A DNA stretch of 64,000 bases, taken from the IMG/VR virus record IMGVR_UViG_3300043410_001892, positions 186,001 through 250,000 of that record; one strand, written 5' to 3'. The notes under the pieces were generated by a model. The model made no database searches, was not told the DNA's origin, and saw only the letters and a list, made by a program, of their open reading frames with translations. The translations under genes and the position numbers were made by a program. Shown piece by piece: positions 36,557 to 49,300 of this stretch. Position 1 is the first letter of the stretch; each line of letters opens with the position of its first letter.

Positions 36557-36581
36557 AAAGGCAGCGTAAGCTGCCTTTTTT
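36557..36581 (+). terminator. intrinsic terminator
   Basis: AAAGGCAGC-GTAA-GCTGCCTTTTTT. Confidence 0.85.
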
Positions 36582-36586
36582 ATTGA

Positions 36587-36952
36587 CTAAACAGTCTTAT
36601 CTTTTTTAGGACGACCTTTTTTCTTTTCAACAGGTGGTACTAATTTAACAATATTTGTTAATGCGTCAGCTTTTGTAGGTTCTTTAACTTCTACAACTTT
36701 AGCTACTTTTGGCTTAGCTGGTTTTTTAACAGGTTTAACTTCTGCAACAACAGGTGTTACTACATCAATTGGTTTAGTTGCAGATGGTTTAGCTTTAGTT
36801 TTTGGTTTAGTTGCTTTTGGTTTTGCAGCTGGAGTTAATTTAACTTCTTTCACTACAATAGTTTCACCGATGTCAGCATGCACTAATATAGGTGCTGATG
36901 TATCTTCTTTTACTTCTGATTTTTTGAATAATTGTTTAATAAATTCAAACAT
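36587..36952 (-). CDS. Lys/Ala/Pro-rich histone-H1-like protein with a C-terminal AT-hook-like motif
   Basis: amphipathic MFEFIKQLFKK start; KPKA repeats; KKKGRPKK; upstream TATAAATA and AGGAG. Confidence 0.55.
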   Translation of the reverse strand: MFEFIKQLFKKSEVKEDTSAPILVHADIGETIVVKEVKLTPAAKPKATKPKTKAKPSATKPIDVVTPVVAEVKPVKKPAKPKVAKVVEVKEPTKADALTNIVKLVPPVEKKKGRPKKDKTV

Positions 36953-36971
36953 AAACTCTCCTTTTAATTAT

Positions 36972-37259
36972 TTATAAATGCCCTAGTGTCTTAAGACTAC
37001 TTACTGGCATATCCCATATCTTTCTTCGTTCTACTCCTTTTTCTTGAGCAAATCGTTTAGTGTCACAATTCTCACAAACATGATAAACTTCATTTGTTAG
37101 TCGTTGAGGTGACATTGACCCTTTTTCTCTTTTAAAAATTGTACTGCATTTATCGCACCTTAAGACTACCATAGATTTTTTTCGAGAATAAACATGGTGT
37201 TTACCTAATTTGCTAGTACGATAATACTGTGTAAGTTCGTATTCAATAGATATAATCAT
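36972..37259 (-). CDS. putative zinc-ribbon protein
   Basis: CDKC...CENC. Confidence 0.55.
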   Translation of the reverse strand: MIISIEYELTQYYRTSKLGKHHVYSRKKSMVVLRCDKCSTIFKREKGSMSPQRLTNEVYHVCENCDTKRFAQEKGVERRKIWDMPVSSLKTLGHL

Positions 37260-37338
37260 ACTTATATTTACATTAAGATTATAAAAATCTTTTGATAAAT
37301 ATTGTAAAACAAGCGTTCACAAAGGGGTGTGACATAAT

Positions 37339-40300
37339 ATGGCAAAAAAAATAATTGAAATTGGTGTTCAAGGGAATGACGGTACTGGCGACAGTATACG
37401 TGAAGCGTTTAGTAAAGTTAATGATAACTTTAGTGAAATTTATGCAGTATTTAAGAGTGAGGGTAAAATTAATTTTAGTGATCTATCTGATGGATGTACT
37501 TACATCAGTGATCAGCTTATCACCGCAAGTCACGATGGAACTACGTTAATTGCAAGAGATTTAGTACCAGGGAATGGTATATTCATATCTGCAACATCGT
37601 CGGCTATTACAATTGAAGCACAAGCAGCTTCATTATCAAATGATTTAAAACCAGAGATATCAGCACCATTTAATGCTAATAAATTTGCAATTGGTCGTTT
37701 GTCGGATCCAAGCGAAGACCTTGTAGATCTTTTTAACTTAGTATACGATATACCAACTACATTAGATGAGTTACCAGTAACTGTGGGATATGCAAATAGA
37801 CGATATGCACAGTTAACTGAATCAGGTGTTATTGGTGTTTTAGAAAATGGGGTTATAGTTCCAAGTCCTATACAAACAAGAGCAGAACCTACAACTCCTG
37901 ATATTACAAACCCATTGTACGATCCAACATTAACTGGTAATTACTTGTCAACTGAAGTATTACCACGTAAGGACGTAGTATACCGTGGTGGTGATAAGAT
38001 GACCGGTGCGTTAATCTTAAATGATCACCCAGGAGCAATGGCTGGAACAGTTGGTGCAATGTTTGATTCTGATCTACAGGCAGCAACTGCATTTTATGTA
38101 GATAACAAAACATTCACAAGTAATGTTAATTTATATGTTTCTGCGGCATCAGGTGACGATTTGCAACTTAGAACACCTGCAGGGAAAGAAGGTAGATATT
38201 GGAATTATGCGTTTAAATCTATCGGTGCTGCATTGTTACATGCTGAGTCATTGATTAATTTAGCAAGTCAAGAACCTGGTCCTTACAAACAACGTATTTC
38301 TTATACACTTGGAGCAGATCAAACATTTTCAACAGTTCAACGTGTAAGATTAACCGGTGGTGAATCTACAACACCTGGCTATGTTGCTGCATTTAACTTA
38401 TTACAAGCTAATCGGTCATTTATTCAATCAGAAACAATTTCATATATTAATAAAAAGTATGTGAATAAATTTTCTTATAATAAAACACTATTTTCAAACA
38501 GAATAGAGTTTTTAATTAAAGCAGTATGTGATGATTTATTGTTAGGTGCTACTGATCCAGATACATCAGTACCTGGAACAAATTATAGATCAATTCGGTC
38601 TGCTGTAAAATATTTACATGATGATCCATATTTAGAGCAATCGATTCAATGGTTATCTGCTATTGAGTTTATTAGAAATCAAATTATTGAGTTTACATAC
38701 GATGGACCTGCATTGCAAGATTATACTACTCAGTTAGTTACTGCATTATGCTATGATTTGATTTTTTCTTCAAACTATCAAAGTATTCAAGCTGGTATTG
38801 CATTTAAAAATGCCGGAACTAAAGTAAGTGCAGAACAATTAGGTTCAATGCTTACTATTAAACCTATTAACATTTTATCTGTAACAGTTAACGGTGGTGT
38901 TGTAACACTTAATTTCTTAACTCAATCATCGGCATTCTTATTAAACAGTGAAATATTAATTGATGCAGTGTTTACAAACGTTGACGATGAAACAAATGAA
39001 ATCATAATTAAACCGAGTGAAACTGTTAACAATGTTACTACTATTACTTCTGTTACTATTGATTCTGCATCAACTGTTTCATCTGTTAGTTTTAGAAAAG
39101 GTGGATATCCATTTATTAACGATGGCACATACACTGTAACAGGGTCGTTTGATCGTAAGAACTTAATTAATCTGTTGTTATTAACACCAGGTATTACAAC
39201 TTATCCAAGTTCTGCAGTTGATATTACTGCTAATGCTACAATAGTGCGTGATATAGTGTTAACTGGGACTATCCCAGAACCGGTTATGCCTACACCAAAC
39301 AATCCACCAGCAGGGTATAATGTTCTTGGTCATGTTCATGCAAAATCGTTGTTATTAGATAACATTTCATTTATTCAAGCTGAAGTAGTTGCTTATCTTA
39401 GTTCAGAATTCCCAGATGTATCATATAATCGAGAATTATGTTTGCGAGATGTGAAATATATCATTTGGAGTTTAGCATATGATTTAACATATGGCGGTAA
39501 TAGTCAAAGTGTATATGCTGGTAAAAAATATTGGAATAATTCAACCAACTTTATCATTGCATCTGAAAAAACCGCATGTGTAAGCGTAATTAACTATATC
39601 AATACATTGGCTCAAGCAGTCATTATAAACAGTGCGACTACTACGACCTATCAACAATCAGTTAGACAGTACAGAAATGATACATTAACTAATGGTAATG
39701 TAGCATCAGCATCAATTGCAAGCAATGTTGCTACGATTGCAGCAATTGTGACCAGTTTAAGTAATGTTCCTGCTATTATAAATCCAAGTGTTACAACTGG
39801 TTTAGCAGAAATGCAAACTATTTTTGATAGAATTACTGCAGATATTGGAAATTACACAGATGACACAAAATCTACATCGACAATATGGTATTTAGATAGT
39901 TATTTCCCAGTAATTAAGACATTAACTGATAAAGATAAGATTAATAACTTGTTTGATCAGATAATATCTATTGTATCCGGTGGTGTTTATCCGTCAGTAG
40001 TACCAGTTTATCCAATTGTAACTATTCCAACACCAGTTAACGTAAATGTTACTGATGCATGGATTGTTCAAGCTACCGGATTGCTTGATCAAACAGCAAT
40101 TAATACCATTGCACAATCTACAAATTCTTATATTGCGTCAGTTTATACAACAATTACCTATAATTCAACTACTTTACAAAATGATATTAAAGATTTGTTG
40201 TTTGCAGCAATTTACGATTTAAAATATGGTGGTACATTGGCTAGTTTTGATGTTGCAACTACATTTACATTGTTAGGATCTAATGTTAATACTCAAAAAA

Positions 40301-43300
40301 CAATAGTTCAAGCTGCAATTGATCATGCATGGTCTCTTACAAATACTTTATTAGTTGGAAATATAACTGGAGATACTTCAAATCATACAGTTAACAAATT
40401 GCGTGAAAAATTCACATTTGCTTCTTCATATTTTAGCAATAATCCGCCAATACAAGGCGACGATATTACAGTATCATTATTCTCAACTACTACATATGAC
40501 AATGCTACTAAATTAAGAACCTTAATTTTAAATAGTTTATCTACTATTTCAAACGATACCTTAACTTACATTGATTCAGTGTTTAAAGGTGGGTTTACTT
40601 ATGATGAATCTTTATGTTATAGAGATTTAGGTTTGATTATTGATGCAATGTCAATTGATTTAATCACTGGTGGTACATATCAATCTATAAATGCAGGTAA
40701 AAGTTTTTATAAAAACTCAAGTGCAAGAGCAGTTTCAATTGGTACACAATATACACAGTCATTTGATGGTATAATGTTTGCTCAATCAGTAGCATTGCAA
40801 GTATTAAATAAACAACTTAAGAATAGATACCAATTATTACCGCAAATTACACAATTTGCAACAACAAATCCATCTAATTTAACATATATTAGCACAGGCG
40901 AATTACCAACTGATAGTATCGGTGTTACAGGCGATCGTTCATTGCCAGTTTCTCAAAATGCAATTGACACATTTGTTGCAAACATGTTAAGATTAACTGA
41001 TATTATACAGTACGGTATAAGCGTTGCAGCAACACCGTCGTTTGGTTCAGGTATTTGGAATTTATTAATTGACAATGGCGGGAGAGGCTATGTAGATCAA
41101 GGTTCTCCGTCAAATAACGACTTATTCCCAGCTAAAGTAATTGTAGGTGTTGGTACTTCATCTATTGCTGCATCCAATGCGTATGGAAGTATTGTTACAT
41201 ATACATACGGCAGTGATATTTCCGGTGCACCTTTAGTGTTAGGCGATGTTGATACACTTCAAGTACGGTTAACAAAGCCTGGATTCTTTAAATCTGCTTA
41301 CACTTTAGTAGATCTTAACTGGTCTTTTGTTGGAACTACTGTTACAGTTACTAAAGCTAACCATACAATTACACAAGGTACTCGTATAATTGTAAACTTT
41401 GCCCAATTCTTTGGGTCTGGATCTAATGCCCCAATTGGAACTTGGATTGTATCGGCAGTAACAACTAACACATTTTCATTTGTAACAAGTTTAGCACCAA
41501 TTGGAACTAGTACATTAATGACTGTAACGGTTCAAGTAGGTGAACAAATTGAATTTGGTGAAACTGTTCGTGATTTGCAACTAACAATGTTCATTGAAAG
41601 TGGCATTTATTACGAAGATTATCCATTGAGAGTGTCATCAAACATATCTATTAAGGGTGACGAGTTCCGTAGAACTATAATTAGACCAAAAGATCGTATT
41701 AGTCAAAGCCCATGGCGTAAGATTTTCTTCTATCGTGATGCAATTGTTGATGCTTTAGAGGTAGGTTTAATTGATTATACCGGAACTAACTATGCTCCGA
41801 GCGGAATTACAGCGTCTTTAGACGGTGTAACTAATAAAATTGTGGTAACATTGAGCGGTAATTTCCAAGCACCATTGAGTTGGGTTGGTAAAGTGTTTGC
41901 TGATACTAATACTACAAACGGAAATGCAAAACGCGGTAAAGCTGTAGTTGACTCTGTTAGTGGTAATACTATAAATTGTACAGTAATTTACCCATTTAGC
42001 GTAAGTGGATTATATGCTGCCGGTAGTTGGAAGCTATTTGGTACTATAAATTACGGTCGTCACTACTTAACTAACCCATTAGATGTAACAAGTACGGCTA
42101 AAAACAACAAAGATATCGACGTTTTATTATGTAATGAAGGTACACGTATTGTTGGTGTAACATTCCAAGGTCATGGCGGGTTTGCTATGGTACTTGATCC
42201 AGAAGGAAACATCAAAACTAAGTCACCGTATATTCAAGAATGCGCAAGTTTCACACAAAGTAACAATTATAAGAGATTTGCAGGTGGACAATACATTGAC
42301 GGATTTGCAGGAAGACTATACGGTAACATCATAGGTGTTTCTAATGACGGTATTACTGTAACTGTACAAGGTGAAACTAATAGTGGTTTAGATATTAGAC
42401 CTCCACAACCACCATGTTCGTTCTATGTACGTGGAAAACGTTATCAAATTGATGATATTGTAAGTTTTGATGCAACTACTGCAACTGTAGTATTAACATT
42501 GGATAAAACTACACCGTATTTACATACAACATCTGGTGTTTTAACATACGACGATGTTAAAGCAAAACGTGATATCGGTTATGTTTTGGATGCAATTGCA
42601 AGCGATGCTGCATTAGGTACAACATATCGTTCAGTACATGCTGGTCGTTCTTTCTTAAAAATATATTCTAGTCGTTTAGTGGGAGATTTACAAGATCTTA
42701 CTATTGCAGGTATTAATAAAGCATTAGAATTGTCAAATACAACACTTAGCGGTAGTACATATTCAAGTATTAGAACTCAATATGCCACTAATATTGCTAT
42801 TATTACTTCTATGATTTCAAATGGAGTTAATGCAACACCAACTATTGTATGGTCTACTAGTTCAACAGCTGATGATAACTTAGCTCGTAATATTATTCAA
42901 AACAATAAAGCATTTATTAAGTCAGAAATTAGTGCATATATCGCACAATACTTTACTTTAGGTGATTACCCAAGATACAATGTATTAACAAGTGAACGAG
43001 ATGTTGGTTATGTACTTGACGCTATGACATATGACATGTTCTATGGTGGTGATAGTCAAACAAAAGATAGTGCAGAAGCATTCTTTTACAATAATACATC
43101 GTATATACCTGATGAAAATGTAATTTGTTCAGCTGCGTATACCAGATTAAAAGCTGTATTAGCTGCTGTAGTTGCGGGATCACCAGTTGTTGTAAGTTCA
43201 GGTAACAGTGTTTCACAAATACTAACAAATCCGCCAGCATCATCAGCCGGTTATGTTACTAAATTAAACACACTGAGCGACATTGTTATTGATTATATTG

Positions 43301-46300
43301 CAGACGGTAGTTATAGTTCACCAAGAACAAGTGCTCGTACATATCCATTGTTACCAGTAGGTACAACTGGAACTACAGCTTATAACTTATTCTTTGATAC
43401 CGGAACAAATCCAGCTACTAAAACAACTGCTGAAACTACTATTGAAACTTCTGTATCAACTTTCTTAAAAAATGGTGCAAACTTAAGAATTAATATTGAA
43501 GCTGGCGGTAACCGTTCAATGTTAGGTAACGATTTTGCTATGTTTAATGATTTAGCATATGGTATTTTAGCTACTAATGGTGCATTTACTGAACAAGTAT
43601 GTACATTCACATATTATGCGCATACCGGGCTTTGGGCAAACAATGGTAGTAACTTACGTGGTGTAGGATGTTCAAATACATTTGGTAACTACGGTATGAG
43701 AGCATCCGGTTATGACGTTACTGAATTACCAGATAGTACAAATCTTGCTAATCATATGATTCAAACTGCTCGAGTATATAAGCAAGGCATAGTTGCAAAC
43801 GAAATGATTCCAACCGCAACTGTTCCGGCTATTGCAGTGTGGATCATTGGGTATGATTATATTCCAACTAATGGTTCAATTATGGAAATTAATCATTCTG
43901 TTAATAGTGGAACTATCAATAGTTACACTGTAACATCGGCAGAATATACTACTATACAATTTGCAAATCAAACTGTTCTTAAATTAAATTTAAACACAAC
44001 TGACACAGGTTCTGGATCAGGTTTATCAAAAGAATTGTACGATGGACAAATGGTTTCTATTAGATCACTTAAAAATGTTAAGTTTAATAATGTTGATAAT
44101 GTTAAACCAACAAGACCGTCAACTGCGTTACAATATGTTGATAATTTAAATGATGTATATCGTATCATTGCTTACAATTTAACAGAATCAACTGGTGATA
44201 TGTTAGGTGATAACATTGCAATATTACAAAGTGATAACTCATTTGCATATTACAATTTTACAACTGATCCTAAATCAATAATAATAGGTGATCCTGATTC
44301 AAGTATCTATACTACTGTAGCATTAAACGGAGGCGCAACTACTAGTACATCATTAACTGTTACAAGTGCAACAGGTATTTTACAAGGTCACATAATTAGT
44401 GGTGTTGGCTTTACTGGACAGATAATTACTAACATTAACGGTAATGTTCTTACATTAAGTTCAGCACCAAATGCCACACCATATGGCACTGTGTATTTTT
44501 CATTCAAAACACAAGGTTCTAAAGTAGGTGATACTAAAATTGCAGTTGATCAAGTTTCTCAATTAAGAATAATAGATCAAATTAACAAAGGCACTTATAT
44601 TACAGCATGGAATGGTAGATTACATCGTGTATTGAGATATGTAACTCCAACATTTGCAGTGTCTAAAACTTATGCATCTTACAACAGTGGTACTTCTACA
44701 ATGGTAGTAACTGGTTCAGCAGGATCGATTACTGCTGGTATGTTAGTTATTAAACGAAATGCAACAACCGAAGCACTTGAATTTACCGGTACTGTAGTGT
44801 CGGCAACTGTAGTAGGTCTTACAACAGAAGTTGTGATATCAACTCCAAATCAAGTAGTAACTCCGTTAACTCAAGGCCCTGTAACATTTGGTGTAACTGC
44901 AAACGGTTATATTGAACTATCACCAAATGCATTTATAAACAATGCTGCTAATGGTGTTTCTGTTAATGCAATGACTTATCTAAGTTCAGACTTCCAAGTT
45001 GATAGTATTACTGCTAAAGTAGTAACTTTTGATATACCATTTAGTAAAGATAATTTATTACCAAAAGTTGATAGTTATCTAACATTTGCAGGCAACTCAA
45101 ATGCAAGTTATAATGGCGAATATCAAATAACCAGGGTAATAAATCAAACATTAGTAACATTGTCAACTATTACTGATTTTGTAGTAGGTATGGTTGTAAC
45201 TTCACAAGTAACTACACAATTTATTACAAACTCAGGCGGTGTTTCAACATTTACATCAACTGCAAATCATAACATGGTATTAAATGATCCAGTAACAGTA
45301 AATGTTTCAAGTAATATGAATGGTCTTGTTCAAAGCACTACGTATTATGTTAAAACAATTCCAACTTCAACATCGTTTACATTAAGTGCGACATCAGGCG
45401 GTACTGCATTAGGTAATTTTGGTATTGTTGTATCAGCTGGGGTTGTGATTATTTCGATAGCAACTAATTTAGGTGTATCAACGTTTACAACAAACACATC
45501 ACATGGTTTAGTTTCTGGTAATACATTTGCACCAAATATCAGTACAAACAGTTTTGTTGCTGGAACTACCTATTATGTTAAAGATGTAACATCAAATACG
45601 TTTACATTAAGTGCAACATCAGGTGGTTTAGCGTTAGGAAACTTTGGAACTACTAATGTAATTTCATCGTCAGTATCATTTAAAACTCCACAGACTGCTA
45701 TTATACCCGGCGGTAGTGCAATTATTCAATCTGTTTCATCTGATCCATTAGTTAAAACAATTGTAATCAGTCCTGCAGCATGGGTTCCTGCAAACTCGCC
45801 AATTAGAGCATCGTTAGCTGCAAGTGTAATGAGTATTTCAATTACATCAGGTGGTTCAGGATATACATCTGCACCATCTTTAACAATTGAAGGTGGTTCT
45901 CCAACTCAACGAGCAACTGCAACTTGTACAATTGTTAACGGTGAGATTAATGAAGTTCGTGTAATTATTAAAGGTAGTGGATATGTTTCTATACCGTCAG
46001 TTACAGTTACACCTGCGGTTGGTAATATTCCAACTTCAACTGCTGTATTATCTGTAAACTTATCAACTGCTGTATTGCGTGATGCTACTTCAACAACTGG
46101 TGTGTCTACAATACAGATGTCTGCATTGTATCCAACAGATCCAGGTACATTTGGAACTGTTACATCGATTACAGTATCTGCTGAAACTACAACTACTACT
46201 ACATATAATTCAGTTAGTGGTTATTCAATGGCTTATACAGTATCATCAGGATCTACAAAACCTGCAAATGATACTTGGTGCAAGGTTGAAGGTAATAGTA

Positions 46301-49300
46301 ATGCGTTGTATAATGGATTTTTCCAAGTTATTTCAACTGCAAGCACTACAATTACATTATTTTCTCCATTAAATCCAGGAATTTATGGAACTGGTACTAC
46401 AACTATTACTTCTACTCCTACAAACGGAACAAGTACAAGTTTAGGTATTAGTAAACCATTTAGTACTAAAGATGGATACACATTTAACATTGGTTATGCC
46501 GCAAATACATTTGCTCAAGTAACAACACGCATTAGTACATGTCGTGCTACTGGACATGACTTCTGTGATATTGGGACAGGTGGATATAGTACAACAAATA
46601 TTCCATATTCAATCTATGGTGAGCCTGCATTAAGTCGTCAAGTTTCACATGAAACATTAGATGAAAGTGTAGGACGTTGTTTCTATGTATCAACTAACCA
46701 AGATGGTATATTTAGAGTAGGTAAATTCTTCTCAGTAGACCAAGGTACAGGTGTTGTAACACTTAGTTCAAAGACTGCATTGTCAAATATTGAAGCATTT
46801 GGATTTAGTGGCGGCGGTGCTGTTGTAAATGAATTTTCAACAGACTCAACATTAACTGATAACTCCTCTAATAAAGTACCAGTTGAAAGTGCAGTACGTG
46901 GATATATTGATAAACGGTTAGGCATTGATCATGGTGGTTCTCCATTACCGTTCTTGTCAATTATTGGACCAGGATTTGTTCCATTAAATGGTTCAGCAAA
47001 AATGACAGGAGATTTGGTATTAGGTGGAAATGGTATTACAGGTGTTAGATCTCCAATTTCATCGTCTGATGTAGTAACTAAAGGTTATTTAGAGCAATCA
47101 TTATTAGCACACAATTCATTAAATGAACTCGATGATGTAACATTAACTACTCCAAGTAACGGACAATCAATATTTTATGATTCAGTATCAGCTAAATGGA
47201 GAAATGCTGTATTCTCAGGAGATGTTTCAGTTTTAGTTCGCCCATCGACTACACTTGACAATGTTATTGTTAGTAGAGGAACAGCATCTGGTATTGATAG
47301 TGAGTTTACATGTGATGCAAATGTTGGATTGTTTGTTGGACAACAAGTTACATTCTCTGGGACATATTCTGGTTCTGGGTTAATAAATGGTTATACTAAT
47401 CCATCTACATATTTTATTATTGCAACTAATGGAACTACAACTTTCCAACTTTCAACTGTAAAAGGTGGTGTTGCTGTTACTGCTACTGCAGGTACATTAG
47501 GTTTAACTGTAACGGTTCCGTTGATGTCAATTGCAATAGGTAGTGGAAGAATTGTTAATAGTATGATTAGTTCTGCTGCTAAAATTGATCAAAGTAAATT
47601 ATCTTTGAATTTAGCAGGTACATCAACTACTACAGGCGGAACATTAGGTGTAGCAAGTTTCAGTAGTTATCAATTTAGTGTTGATGCTAACGGTTGGGTA
47701 ACATTAGCTAATTCATCATCAGAAACAACCGGAACAACATTAACTAAATTGCAGCATGTTCCAGCTAAAACTGTATTGAGTAACTTAACCGATGGTTCTA
47801 CAAATGTTGTTGCAAATTCTGCATCTGAGGTAGTTAGAGTTGGTGAAGGTATACAACTTGGGTCGTTTACATCAGTTGGTGTTATGACAGTTACTTCAGT
47901 TTTAAATTCAAAACCAACTGGATTTGCTGTCGTTGGTATTACAACAACAGGTGAAGGGTCAAAAATTGTTAAAACTGGTACATCAGGTGGTATTGATGTT
48001 GCTGAATTATTAATTGATGGTTATTCTGTTCTTGATGTTGATGCAACACCTGTAGGTGGAGCTGCTTCAGCAATTGTACAGTTTAAGACACCAGGTAACT
48101 ACACATTCTTAACTGCAACAGGTAACAACACAGTTAATAACCCAAGTGTTATTAGTGTTGCCGGAACATTAGATGTTACTGGTACTAATAGTTCAATAAA
48201 ATGTTCATCTTTATCAACCGGTAGCACAGGTACAGAAGGTACATTAACTGGAGCTTGGAAATTAGCATCAGGTAGTTCGTTAGACTTTTCAGCAGGTTTT
48301 GTAACATCTTCGTCTGCAGGGTTAACATCGAGTGATTTAAATACAATAACAAGACCAGCATTGATATTAGATTTTGCAAATAGTAAAACACTTGATCCTC
48401 GTATTTCGTTTACTCGTAATTCAATTGGAACATATACTAATGCACAAGGTTTATTAGTAACTGCAAGCGTTCATCAAGCAAGATTTGATTTTAATCCAAC
48501 AACTGGTGTATCAAAAGGTTTGTTAATTGAAGAACAAAGAACTAATGTGTTATGTGGATCTGCATCATTTGCAATATCAGGCGGAACTAACCAATGGGTT
48601 GATAGCAGTATTTCAAGAGGGGTAGGATCAACTTCACCTGCAGGAACAGCTACTATTACATTTACTGCATCGGCAGGAAATGCAACAATTATAAGTAACG
48701 CAGTTGCATCGGGTACTTCATACAGAACTTTTTCAATATGGTTAAAAAGAGAAGCAGGTACAGGTGATATTCAATATACATTAAATAACGGTGCTACTTG
48801 GACTACACAGGCGATTACAAGTACATTAACACGTTATAGTTGGTCTGCTTCAGTTACTAATGCAAGTGTTGGTATTAGAATTGTAACATCAGGTAATTCA
48901 ATTACAATGTGGGGAGCTCAGTTAGAAGATGGAGCATTTGCAACATCTTACATTCCGACTACAACTGCTGCAGTTATAAGAAGAGCAGATGTTGCAATCG
49001 TAAATGGAACTAATTTTTCAAGATGGTATAGACAAGCCGAAGGAACATTTGTATTAACACATGCTGCATTAGGCATTGATGCTGTTGCAAATTCATATAA
49101 TGGTGTTAAAGTTCAATCTACTGATTTAACTGCGTCTATGGAAATACGATGCGGGTCAACTGGTACAGGTTTATTGTATGATGTAAAAGGTTTAACTAAT
49201 ACTGGTACTACTCAGTTTGATTTTATTGGATATTCAACATTAACAGTAAATACTCCAGTTATGCAAGCATTTGGTTATAAGGCAAATGATTGTGCATATA

